From assembly GCA_964016885.1 (NCBI GenBank), contig OZ024740.1, positions 11,284,001 to 11,348,000 of the forward strand: a stretch of DNA of 64,000 nucleotides, written 5' to 3'. This document shows positions 41,901 to 54,000 of this stretch, one piece after another (within the stretch, counting starts at the first letter, position 1; the number at the start of each line of letters is the position of its first letter). The notes under the pieces were generated by a model, which was not told where the DNA came from, made no database searches, and worked only from the letters and a program-made list of their open reading frames with translations. Made by a program: the position numbers and the translations under genes. This DNA comes from Eledone cirrhosa. Lineage: Eukaryota.

Positions 41901-44900
41901 TAGTGATGTTGTTGTTGTTGGAAGTAGTAATGTTGTTGTTGTTGGAGGTAGTAGTGTTGTTGTTGTTGTTGGTAGTGATGTTGTTGTTGTTGGAGGTAGT
42001 GATGTTGTTGTTGTTGTTACAGATGTTATTGTTGTTGGAGCTAGTGATGTTGTTGTTGTTGTTAGTGATGTTGTTGTTGTTGGAGGTAGTGCTGTTGTTG
42101 TTGTTGGTAATGATGTTGTTGTTGGAAGTAGTGTTGTTGTTATTGTTGTTGGTAGTGATGTTGTTGTTGTTGGTAGTGATGTTGTTGTTGGAGGTAGTGA
42201 TGTTGTTGTTGTTGTTGGTAGTGATGTTGTTGTTTTGGTAGTGATGTTGTTGTTGTTGTTGGTAGTGATGTTGTTGTTGTTGGAGGTAGTGAAATTGTTG
42301 TTGTTGGAGGTAGTGATGTTGTTGTTGTTGGAGGTAGTGATGTTGTTATTATTGGAGGTAGTGATGTTGTTGTTGTTGTTGTTGTTGTTGGAGGTAGAGA
42401 TGTTGTTGTTATTGTTGTTGGTATTAATGTTGTTGTTGTTGGAGGTAGTGATGTTGTTGTTCTAGGAGGTAGTTTTGTTGTTGTTGGAGGTAGTGATGTT
42501 GTTGTTGGTGGTAGTGATGTTGTTGTTGTTGGAGGTAGTGATGTAGTTGTTGTTGGTAGTGATGTTGTTGTTGTTGGAGGTAGTGATGTTGTTGTTGTTG
42601 GAGGTAGTGATGTTGTTGTTGGGGGGTAGTGATGTTGTTGTTGTTGGAGGTAGTGATGTTGTTGGTGTTGGAAGTAGTGATGTTGTTGTTGTTGGAGGTA
42701 GTGATTTTGTTGATGTTGGGGGTGGTGATGTTGTTGATTGTTGGTAGTGATGTTGTTGTTGTTGGAAATAGTGATGTTGTTGTTGGAGGTAGTGATGTTG
42801 TTGTCGTTGGAGGTAGTGATGTTGTTGTTGTTGGAGGTAGTGATGTTGTTGTTGTTGTTGGTAGTGATGTTGTTGTTGTTGTTGGAGGTAGTGATATTGT
42901 TGTTTTGGTAGTGATGTTGTTGTTGTTGGAGGTAGTGATGTTGTTGTTGTTGGTAGTGATGTTGTTGTTGTTGGAGGTAGTAATGTTGTTGTTGTTGTTG
43001 TTGTTGGTAGTGATGTTGTTGTTGTTGGAGGTAGTGATGTTGTTGTTGTTGTTGGTAGTGATGTTGTTGTTGTTGGTAGTGATGTTGTTGTTGTTGGAAG
43101 TAGTGATGTTGTTGTTGTTGGTAGTGATGTTGTTGTTGTTGGAAGTAGTGATGTTGTTGTTGTTGTTGGTAGTGATGTTGTTGTTGTTGGTAGTGATGTT
43201 GTTGTTGTTGTTGGTAGTGATGTTGTTGTTGTTGTTGGTAGTGATGTTGTTGTTGTTGGTAGTGATGTTGTTGTTGTTGGAGGTAGTGATGTTGTTGTTA
43301 TTGTTGTTGGTAGTGATATTGTTGTTGTTGGAGGTAGTGATGTTGGTGTTGTTGGAGGTAGTGATGTTGTTGTTGTTGAAGTAGTGATGTTGTTGTTGTT
43401 GTTGGTCGTAATGTTGTTGTTCGAAGTAGTGATGTTGTTGTTGTTGGAAGTAGTGATGTTGTTGTTGTTGGTAGTGATGTTGTTGTTGTTGGAAGTAGTG
43501 ATGTTGTTGTTGTTGTTGTAGGTAGTGATGTTGTTGTTGTTGGAAGTAGTGATGTTGTTGTTGTTGTTGGTAGTGATGTTGTTGTTGTTGGTAGTAATGT
43601 TGTTGTTGTTGTTGGTCGTGATGTTGTTGTTGGAAGTAGTGATGTTGTTGTTGTTGTTGTTGGTAGTAATGTTGTTGTTGTTGTTGGAGGTAGTGATTTT
43701 GTTGTTGTTGGTAGTGATGTTGTTGTTGTTGTAGGTAGTGATGTTGTTGTTGTTGTTGTTGGAGGTAGTGATGTTGTTGTTGGAGGTAGTGATGTTGTTG
43801 TTGTTGGAGGTAGTAATGTTGTTGTTGTTGTTGTTGGTAGTGATGTTGTTGTTGTTGTTGTTGTTGGAGGTAGTGATGTTGTTGTTGTTGGTAGTGATGT
43901 TGTTGTTGTTGTCGGTAGTGATGTTGTTGTTGGAAGTAGTAATGTTGTTGTTGTTGGAGGTAGTAGTGTTGTTGTTGTTGTTGGTAGTGATGTTGTTGTT
44001 GTTGGAGGTAGGGATGTTGTTGTTGTTGTTACTGATGTTTTTGTTGTTGGAGCTAGTGATGTTGTTGTTGTTGTTAGTGATGTTGTTGTTGTTGGAGGTA
44101 GTGATGTTGTTGTTGTTGGTAATGATGTTGTTGTTGGAAGTAGTGTTGTTGTTGTTGTTGTTGGTAGTGATGTTGTTGTTGTTGGTAGTGATGTTGTTGT
44201 TGGAGGTAGTGATGTTGTTGTTGTTGTTGGTAGTGATGTTGTTGTTTTGGTAGTGATGCTGTTGTTGTTGTTGGTAGTGATGTTGTTGTTGTTGGAGGTA
44301 GTGAAATTGTTGTTGTTGGAGGTAGTGATGTTGTTGTTGTTGGAGGTAGTGATGTTGTTGTTATTGGAGGTAGTGATGTTGTTGTTGTTGTTGTTGTTGG
44401 AGGTAGAGATGTTGTTGTTATTGTTGTTGGTATTAATGTTGATGTTGTTGGAGGTAGTGATGTTGTTGTTCTATTAGGTAGTTTTGTTGTTGTTGGAGGT
44501 AGTGATGTTGTTGTTGGTGGTAGTGATGTTGTTGTTGTTGGAGGTAGTGATGTAGTTGTTGTTGGTAGTGATGTTGTTGTAGTTGGAGGTAGTGATGTTG
44601 TTGTTGTTGGAGGTAGTGATGTTGTTGTTGGGGGGTAGTGATGTTCTTGTTGTTGGAGGTAGTGATGTTGTTGGTGTTGGAGGTAGTGATTTTGTTGTTG
44701 TTGGAGGTGGTGATGTTGTTGATTGTTGGTAGTGATGTTGTTGTTGGAAATAGTGATGTTGTTGTTGGAGGTAGTGATGCTGTTGTCGTTGGAGGTAGTG
44801 ATGTTGTTGTTGTTGGAGGTAGTGATGTTGTTGTTGTTGTTGTTGGAGGTAGTGATGTTGTTGTTTTGGTAGTGATGTTGTTGTTGTTGGAGGTAGTGAT

Positions 44901-47900
44901 GTTGTTGTTGTTGGTAGTGATGTTGTTGTTGTTGGAGGTAGTGATGTTGTTGTTGTTGGTAGTGAAGTGATTTGTTGTTGTTTTTGGTATTGATGTTGTT
45001 GTTGGTAGTGATGTTGTTGTTGGAGCTAGTGATGTTGTTGTTGTTGGTAGTGATGTTGTTGTTGTTGGAGGTAGTGATGTTCTTGTTGTTGTTAGTGATG
45101 TTGTTGTTGTTGTCGGTAGTTATGTTGTTGTTGTTGGTGGTAGTGATGTTGTTGTTGTTGTTGGTAGTGATGTTGTTGTTGTTGGTAGTGATGTTGTTGT
45201 TGTTGGAAGTAGTGATGTTGTTGTTGTTGTTGGTAGTGATGTTGTTGTTGTTGTAAGTAGTGATGTTGTTGTTGTTGGTAGTGATGTTGTTGTTGTTGTT
45301 GGTAGTGATGTTGTTGTTGTTGTTGTTGGTAGTGATGTTGTTGTTGTTGGTAGTGATGTTGTTGTTGTTGGAGGTAGTTATGTTGTTGTTATTGTTGTTG
45401 GTAGTGATATTGTTGTTGTTGGAGGTAGTGATGTTGGTGTTGTTGGAGGTAGTGATGTTTTTGTTGTTGTTTGTCGTAATCTTGTTGTTGGAAGTAGTGA
45501 TGTTGTTGTTGTTGGAAGTAGTGATGTTGTTGTTGTTGGTAGTGATGTTGTTGTTGTTGGAAGTAGTGATGTTGTTGTTGTTATTGTAGGTAGTGATGTT
45601 GTTGTTGTTGGAAGTAGTGATGTTGTTGTTGTTGTTGGTAGTGATGTTGTTGTTGTTGGTAGTAATGTTGTTGTTGTTGGTCGTGATGTTGTTGTTGTTG
45701 TTGGAAGTAGTGATGTTGTTGTTGTTGTTGTTGGTAGTAATGTTGTTGTTGTTGGAGGTAGTGATGTTGTTGTTGTTGGTAGTGATGTTGTTGTTGTTGT
45801 AGGTAGTGATGTTGTTGTTGTTGTTGGAGGTAGTGATGTTGTTGTTGGAGGTAGTGATGTTGTTGTTGTTGGAGGTAGTAATGTTGTTGTTGTTGGAGGT
45901 AGTGATGTTGTTGTTGTTGGTAGTGATGTTGTTGTTGTTGTTGGTAGTGATGTTGTTGTTGTTGGTAGTAATGTTGTTGTTGTTGGAGGTAGTGATGTTG
46001 TTGTTGTTGGAGGTAGTGATGTTGTTGTTGTTGGTAGTGATGTTGTTGTTGTTGTTGTTGTTGGAGGTAGTGATGTTGTTGTCGTTGTTTGTAGTGATGT
46101 TGTTGTTGTTGTTGGTAGTGATGTTGTTGTTTTTGGAAGTAGTAATGTTGTTGTTGTTGGAGGTAGTAGTGTTGTTGTTGTTGTTGGTAGTGATGTTGTT
46201 GTTGTTGGAGGTAGTGATGTTGTTGTTGTTGGAGGTAGTGATTTTGTTGTTGTTGGAGGTAGTGATTTTGTTGTTGTTGGAGGTAGTGATGTTGTTGTTG
46301 TTGGGGGGTAGTGATGTTGTTGTTGTTGGAGGTAGTGATGTTGTTGTTGTTGGTAGTGATGTTGTTGTTGTTGGAGGTAGTGATGTTGTTGTTGTTGTTG
46401 TTGTTGGTAGTGATGTTGTTGTTGTTGGAGGTAGTGATGTTGTTGTTGGAGGTAGTGATGTCGTTGTTGTTGGAGGTAGTGGTGTTGTTGTTGTTGTTGT
46501 TGTTGGAAGTAGTAATGTTGTTGTTGTTGGAGGTAGTAGTGTTGTTGTTGTTGTTGGTAGTGATGTTGTTGTTGTTGGAGGTAGTGATGTTGTTGTTGTT
46601 GTTGTTACTGATGTTATTGTTGTTGGAACTAGTGATGGTGTTGTTGTTGTTAGTGATGTTGTTGTTGTTGGAGGTAGTGATGTTGTTGTTGTTGGTAATG
46701 ATGTTGTTGTTGGAAGTAGTGTTGTTGTTGTTGTTGTTGGTAGTGATGTTGTTGTTGTTGGTAGTGCTGTTGTTGTTGGAGGTAGTGATGTTGTTGTTGT
46801 TGTTGGTAGTGATGTTGTTGTTTTGGTAGTGATGTTGTTGTTGTTGTTGGTAGTGATGTTGTTGTTGTTGGAGGTAGTGAAATTGTTGTTGTTGGAGGTA
46901 GTGATGTTGTTGTTGTTGGAGGTAGTGATGTTGTTGTTATTGGAGGTAGTGATGTTGTTGTTGTTGTTGTTGGAGGTAGAGATGTTGTTGTTATTGTTGT
47001 TGGTATTAATGCTGTTGTTGTTGGAGGTAGTGATGTTGTTGTTCTAGGAGGTAGTTTTGTTGTTGTTGGAGGTAGTGATGTTGTTGTTGGTGGTAGTGAT
47101 GTTGTTGTTGTTGGAGGTAGTGATGTTGTTGTTGTTGGAGGTAGTGATGTTGTTGTTGTTGGAGGTAGTGATGTTGTTGTTGGGGGTAGTGATGTTGTTG
47201 GTGTTGGAAGTAGTGATGTTGTTGTTGTTGGAGGTAGTGATTTTGTTGTTGTTGGAGGTGGTGATGTTGTTGATTGTTGGTAGTGATGTTGTTGTTGTTG
47301 GAAATAGTGATGTTGTTGTTGGAGGTATTGATGTTGTTGTCGTTGGAGGTGGTGATGTTGTTGTTGGAGGTAGTGATGTTGTTGTTGTTGTTGGTAGTGA
47401 TGTTGTTGTTGTTGTTGGAGGTAGTGATGTTGTTGTTTTGGTAGTGATGTTGTTGTTGTTGGAGGTAGTGATGTTGTTGTTGTTGGTAGTGATGTTGTTG
47501 TTGTTGGAGGTAGTGATGTTGTTGTTGTTGTTGTTGGTAGTGATGTTGTTGTTGTTGGAGGTAGTGATGTTGTTGTTGTTGTTGGTAGTGATGTTGTTGT
47601 TGTTGGTAGTGATGTTGTTGTTGTTGGAAGTAGTGATGTTGTTGTTGTTGTTGGTAGTGATGTTGTTGTTGTTGTTGGTAGTGATGTTGTTGTTGTTGTT
47701 GGTAGTGATGTTGTTGTTGTTGGTAGTGATGTTGTTGTTGGAGGTAGTGATGTTGTTGTTATTGTTGTTGGTAGTGATATTGTTGTTGTTGTTGGTAGTG
47801 ATGTTGTTGTTGTTGGAGGTAGTGATGTTGTTGTTGTTGTTTGTCGTGATGTTGTTGTTGTTGTTGGAAATAGTGATGTTGTTGTTGTTGGAGGTAGTGA

Positions 47901-50900
47901 TGTTGTTGTTGTTGGTAGTGATGTTGTTGTTGTTGGAGGTAGTGATGTTGTTGTTGTTGTTTGTCGTGATGTTGTTGTTGTTGTTGGGAGTGATGTTGTT
48001 GTTGTTGGACGTAGTGATGTTGTTGTTGTTGGTAGTGATGTTGTTGTTGTTGTTGGAGGTAGTGATGTTGTTGTTGTTGTTGGTAGTGATGTTTTTGTTG
48101 TTGGAGGTAGTGATGTTGTTGTTGTTGGAGGTAGTGATGTTGTTGTTGTTGGTAGTGATGTTGTTGTTGTTGGAGATAGTGATGTTGTGTTGTTGGTAGT
48201 GATGTTGTTGTTGTTGGAGGTAGTGATGTTGTTGTTGGTAGTGATGTTGTTGTTGTTGGAGGTAGTGATGTTGTTGTTGTTGGTAGTGATGTTGTTGTTG
48301 TTGGAGGTAGTGATGTTGTTGTTGTTGGAGGTAGTGATGTTGTTGTGTTGTTGTTGTTGTTGTTGTTGGTAGTGATGTTGTTGTTGTTGGAGGTAGTGAT
48401 GTTGTTGTTGGAGGTAGTGATGTCGTTGTTGTTGGAGGTAGTAGTGTTGTTGTTGTTGTTGGTAGTGATGTTGTTGTTGTTGGAAGTAGTAATGTTGTTG
48501 TTGTTGGAGGTAGTAGTGTTGTTGTTGTTGTTGGTAGTGGTGTTGTTGTTGTTGGAGGTAGTGATGTTGTTGTTGTTGGTAGTGATGTTGTTGTTGTTGG
48601 TAGTGATGTTGTTGTTGTTGGTAGTAATGTTGTTGTTGTTGGAGGTAGTGATGTTGTTGTTGTTGGAGGTAGTGATGTTGTTGTTGTTGGTAGTGATGTT
48701 GTTGTTGTTGTTGTTGTTGGAGGTAGTGATGTTGTTGTCGTTGTTTGTAGTGATGTTGTTGTTGTTGTTGGTAGTGATGTTGTTGTTTTTGGAAGTAGTA
48801 ATGTTGTTGTTGTTGGAGGTAGTAGTGTTGTTGTTGTTGTTGGTAGTGATGTTGTTGTTGTTGGAGGTAGTGATGTTGTTGTTGTTGGAGGTAGTGATTT
48901 TGTTGTTGTTGGAGGTAGTGATTTTGTTGTTGTTGGAGGTAGTGATGTTGTTGTTGTTGGGGGGTAGTGATGTTGTTGTTGTTGGAGGTAGTGATGTTGT
49001 TGTTGTTGGTAGTGATGTTGTTGTTGTTGGAGGTAGTGATGTTGTTGTTGTTGTTGTTGTTGTTGGTAGTGATGTTGTTGTTGTTGGAGGTAGTGATGTT
49101 GTTGTTGGAGGTAGTGATGTCGTTGTTGTTGGAGGTAGTGGTGTTGTTGTTGTTGTTGTTGTTGGAAGTAGTAATGTTGTTGTTGTTGGAGGTAGTAGTG
49201 TTGTTGTTGTTGTTGGTAGTGATGTTGTTGTTGTTGGAGGTAGTGATGTTGTTGTTGTTGTTGTTACTGATGTTATTGTTGTTGGAGCTAGTGATGGTGT
49301 TGTTGTTGTTAGTGATGTTGTTGTTGTTGGAGGTAGTGATGTTGTTGTTGTTGGTAATGATGTTGTTGTTGGAAGTAGTGTTGTTGTTGTTGTTGTTGGT
49401 AGTGATGTTGTTGTTGTTGGTAGTGCTGTTGTTGTTGGAGGTAGTGATGTTGTTGTTGTTGTTGGTAGTGATGTTGTTGTTTTGGTAGTGATGTTGTTGT
49501 TGTTGTTGGTAGTGATGTTGTTGTTGTTGGAGGTAGTGAAATTGTTGTTGTTGGAGGTAGTGATGTTGTTGTTGTTGGAGGTAGTGATGTTGTTGTTATT
49601 GGAGGTAGTGATGTTGTTGTTGTTGTTGTTGGAGGTAGAGATGTTGTTGTTATTGTTGTTGGTATTAATGTTGTTGTTGTTGGAGGTAGTGATGTTGTTG
49701 TTCTAGGAGGTAGTTTTGTTGTTGTTGGAGGTAGTGATGTTGTTGTTGGTGGTAGTGATGTTGTTGTTGTTGGAGGTAGTGATGTTGTTGTTGTTGGAGG
49801 TAGTGATGTTGTTGTTGTTGGAGGTAGTGATGTTGTTGTTGGGGGTAGTGATGTTGTTGGTGTTGGAAGTAGTGATGTTGTTGTTGTTGGAGGTAGTGAT
49901 TTTGTTGTTGTTGGAGGTGGTGATGTTGTTGATTGTTGGTAGTGATGTTGTTGTTGTTGGAAATAGTGATGTTGTTGTTGGAGGTATTGATGTTGTTGTC
50001 GTTGGAGGTGGTGATGTTGTTGTTGTTGGAGGTAGTGATGTTGTTGTTGTTGTTGGTAGTGATGTTGTTGTTGTTGTTGGAGGTAGTGATGTTGTTGTTT
50101 TGGTAGTGATGTTGTTGTTGTTGGAGGTAGTGATGTTGTTGTTGTTGGTAGTGATGTTGTTGTTGTTGGAGGTAGTGATGTTGTTGTTGTTGTTGTTGGT
50201 AGTGATGTTGTTGTTGTTGGAGGTAGTGATGTTGTTGTTGTTGTTGGTAGTGATGTTGTTGTTGTTGGTAGTGATGTTGTTGTTGTTGGAAGTAGTGATG
50301 TTGTTGTTGTTGTTGGTAGTGATGTTGTTGTTGTTGTTGGTAGTGATGTTGTTGTTGTTGTTGGTAGTGATGTTGTTGTTGTTGGTAGTGATGTTGTTGT
50401 TGGAGGTAGTGATGTTGTTGTTATTGTTGTTGGTAGTGATATTGTTGTTGTTGTTGGTAGTGATGTTGTTGTTGTTGGAGGTAGTGATGTTGTTGTTGTT
50501 GTTTGTCGTGATGTTGTTGTTGTTGTTGGAAATAGTGATGTTGTTGTTGTTGGAGGTAGTGATGTTGTTGTTGTTGGTAGTGATGTTGTTGTTGTTGGAG
50601 GTAGTGATGTTGTTGTTGTTGTTTGTCGTGATGTTGTTGTTGTTGTTGGGAGTGATGTTGTTGTTGTTGGACGTAGTGATGTTGTTGTTGTTGGTAGTGA
50701 TGTTGTTGTTGTTGTTGGAGGTAGTGATGTTGTTGTTGTTGTTGGTAGTGATGTTTTTGTTGTTGGAGGTAGTGATGTTGTTGTTGTTGGAGGTAGTGAT
50801 GTTGTTGTTGTTGGTAGTGATGTTGTTGTTGTTGGAGATAGTGATGTTGTTGTTGTTGGTAGTGATGTTGTTGTTGTTGGAGGTAGTGATGTTGTTGTTG

Positions 50901-51000
50901 GTAGTGATGTTGTTGTTGTTGGAGGTAGTGATGTTGTTGTTGTTGGTAGTGATGTTGTTGTTGTTGGAGGTAGTGATGTTGTTGTTGTTGGAGGTAGTGA

Positions 51001-51034
<34 letters not shown>

Positions 51035-54000
51035 GGTAGTGATGTTGTTGTTGTTGGAGGTAGTGATGTTGTTGTTGGAGGTAGTGATGTCGTTGTTGTT
51101 GGAGGTAGTAGTGTTGTTGTTGTTGTTGGTAGTGATGTTGTTGTTGTTGGAAGTAGTAATGTTGTTGTTGTTGGAGGTAGTAGTGTTGTTGTTGTTGTTG
51201 GTAGTGGTGTTGTTGTTGTTGGAGGTAGTGATGTTGTTGTTGTTGTTGTTGTTACTGATGTTATTGTTGTTGGAGCTAGTGATGTTGTTGTTGTTGTTAG
51301 TGATGTTGTTGTTGTTGGAGGTAGTGATGTTGTTGTTGTTGGTAATGATGTTGTTGTTGGAAGTAGTGTTGTTGTTGTTGTTGTTGGTAGTGATGTTGTT
51401 GTTGTTGGTAGTGATGTTGTTGTTGGAAGTAGTGATGTTGTTGTTGTTGTTGGTAGTGATGTTGTTGTTTTGGTAGTGATGTTGTTGTTGTTGTTGGTAG
51501 TGATGTTGTTGTTGTTGGAGGTAGTGAAATTGTTGTTGTTGGAGGTAGTGATGTTGTTGTTGTTGGAGGTAGTGATGTTGTTATTATTGGAGGTAGTGAT
51601 GTTGTTGTTGTTGTTGTTGGAGGTAGAGATGTTGTTGTTATTGTTGTTGGTATTAATGTTGTTGTTGTTGGAGGTAGTGATGTTGTTGTTCTAGGAGGTA
51701 GTTTTGTTGTTGTTGGAGGTAGTGATGTTGTTGTTGGTGGTAGTGATGTTGTTGTTGTTGGAGGTAGTGATGTAGTTGTTGTTGGTAGTGATGTTGTTGT
51801 TGTTGGAGGTAGTGATGTTGTTGTTGGGGGGTAGTGATGTTGTTGTTGTTGGAGGTAGTGATGTTGTTGGTGTTGGAAGTAGTGATGTTGTTGTTGTTGG
51901 AGGTAGTGATTTTGTTGATGTTGGAGGTGATGATGTTGTTGATTGTTGGTAGTGATGTTGTTGTTGTTGGAAATAGTGATGTTGTTGTTGGAGGTAGTGA
52001 TGTTGTTGTCGTTGGAGGTAGTGATGTTGTTGTTGTTGGAGGTAGTGATGTTGTTGTTGTTGTTGGTAGTGATGTTGTTGTTGTTGTTGGAGGTAGTGAT
52101 ATTGTTGTTTTGGTAGTGATGTTGTTGTTGTTGGAGGTAGTGATGTTGGTGTTGTTGGTAGTGATGTTGTTGTTGTTGGAGGTAGTGATGTTGTTGTTGT
52201 TGTTGTTGGTAGTGATGTTGTTGTTGTTGGAGGTAGTGATGTTGTTGTTGTTGTTGGTAGTGATGTTGTTGTTGTTGGTAGTGATGTTGTTGTTGTTGGA
52301 AGTAGTGATGTTGTTGTTGTTGGTAGTGATGTTGTTGTTGTTGGAAGTAGTGATGTTGTTGTTGTTGTTGGTAGTGATGTTGTTGTTGTTGTTGGTAGTG
52401 ATGTTGTTGTTGTTGTTGGTAGTGATGTTGTTGTTGTTGTTGGTAGTGATGTTGTTGTTGTTGGTAGTGATGTTGTTGTTGTTGGTGGTAGTGATGTTGT
52501 TGTTATTGTTGTTGGTAGTGATATTGTTGTTGTTGGAGGTAGTGATGTTGGTGTTGTTGGAGGTAGTGATGTTGTTGTTGTTGGAAGTAGTGATGTTGTT
52601 GTTGTTGTTGTTGGTCGTAATGTTGTTGTTCGAAGTAGTGATGTTGTTGTTGTTGGAAGTAGTGATGTTGTTGTTGTTGGTAGTGATGTTGTTGTTGTTG
52701 GAAGTAGTGATGTTGTTGTTGTTGTAGGTAGTGATGTTGTTGTTGTTGGAAGTAGTGATGTTGTTGTTGTTGTTGGTAGTGATGTTGTTGTTGTTGGTAG
52801 TAATGTTGTTGTTGTTGTTGGTCGTGATGTTGTTGTTGGAAGTAGTGATGTTGTTGTTGTTGTTGTTGTTGGTAGTAATGTTGTTGTTGTTGGAGGTAGT
52901 GATTTTGTTGTTGTTGGTAGTGATGTTGTTGTTGTTGTAGGTAGTGATGTTGTTGTTGTTGTTGTTGGAGGTAGTGATGTTGTTGTTGGAGGTAGTGATG
53001 TTGTTGTTGTTGGAGGTAGTAATGTTGTTGTTGTTGTTGGAGGTAGTGATGTTGTTGTTGTTGTTGTTGGTAGTGATGTTGTTGTTGTTGGTAGTGATGT
53101 TGTTGTTGTTGGTAGTAATGTTGTTGTTGTTGGAGGTAGTGATGTTGTTGTTGTTGGAGGTAGTGATGTTGTTGTTGTTGGTAGTGATGTTGTTGTTGTT
53201 GTTGTTGTTGGAGGTAGTGATGTTGTTGTTGTTGTTGGTAGTGATGTTGTTGTTGTTGTCGATAGTGATGTTGTTGTTGTTGGAAGTAGTAATGTTGTTG
53301 TTGTTGGAGGTAGTAGTGTTGTTGTTGTTGTTGGTAGTGATGTTGTTGTTGTTGGAGGTAGTGATGTTGTTGTTGTTGTTACTGATGTTTTTGTTGTTGG
53401 AGGTAGTGATGTTGTTGTTGTTGTTAGTGATGTTGTTGTTGTTGGAGGTATTGATGTTGTTGTTGTTGGTAATGATGTTGTTGTTGGAAGTAGTGTTGTT
53501 GTTGTTGTTGTTGGTAGTGATGTTGTTGTTGTTGGTAGTGATGTTGTTGTTGGAGGTAGTGATGTTGTTGTTGTTGTTGGTAGTGATGTTGTTGTTGTTG
53601 GAGGTAATGAAATTGTTGTTTTTGGAGGTAGTGATGTTGTTGTTGTTGGAGGTAGTGATGTTGTTGTTATTGGAGGTAGTGATGTTGTTGTTGTTGTTGT
53701 TGTTGGAGGTAGAGATGTTGTTGTTATTGTTGTTGGTATTAATGTTGTTGTTGTTGGAGGTAGTGATGTTGTTGTTCTAGGAGGTAGTTTTGTTGTTGTT
53801 GGAGGTAGTGATGTTGTTGTTGGTGGTAGTGATGTTGTTGTTGTTGGAGGTAGTGATGAAGTTGTTGTTGGTAGTGATGTTGTTGTTGTTGGAGGTAGTG
53901 ATGTTGTTGTTGTTGGAGGTAGTGATGTTGTTGTTGGGGGTAGTGATGTTGTTGTTGTTGGAGGTAGTGATGTTGTTGGTGTTGGAAGTAGTGATGTTGT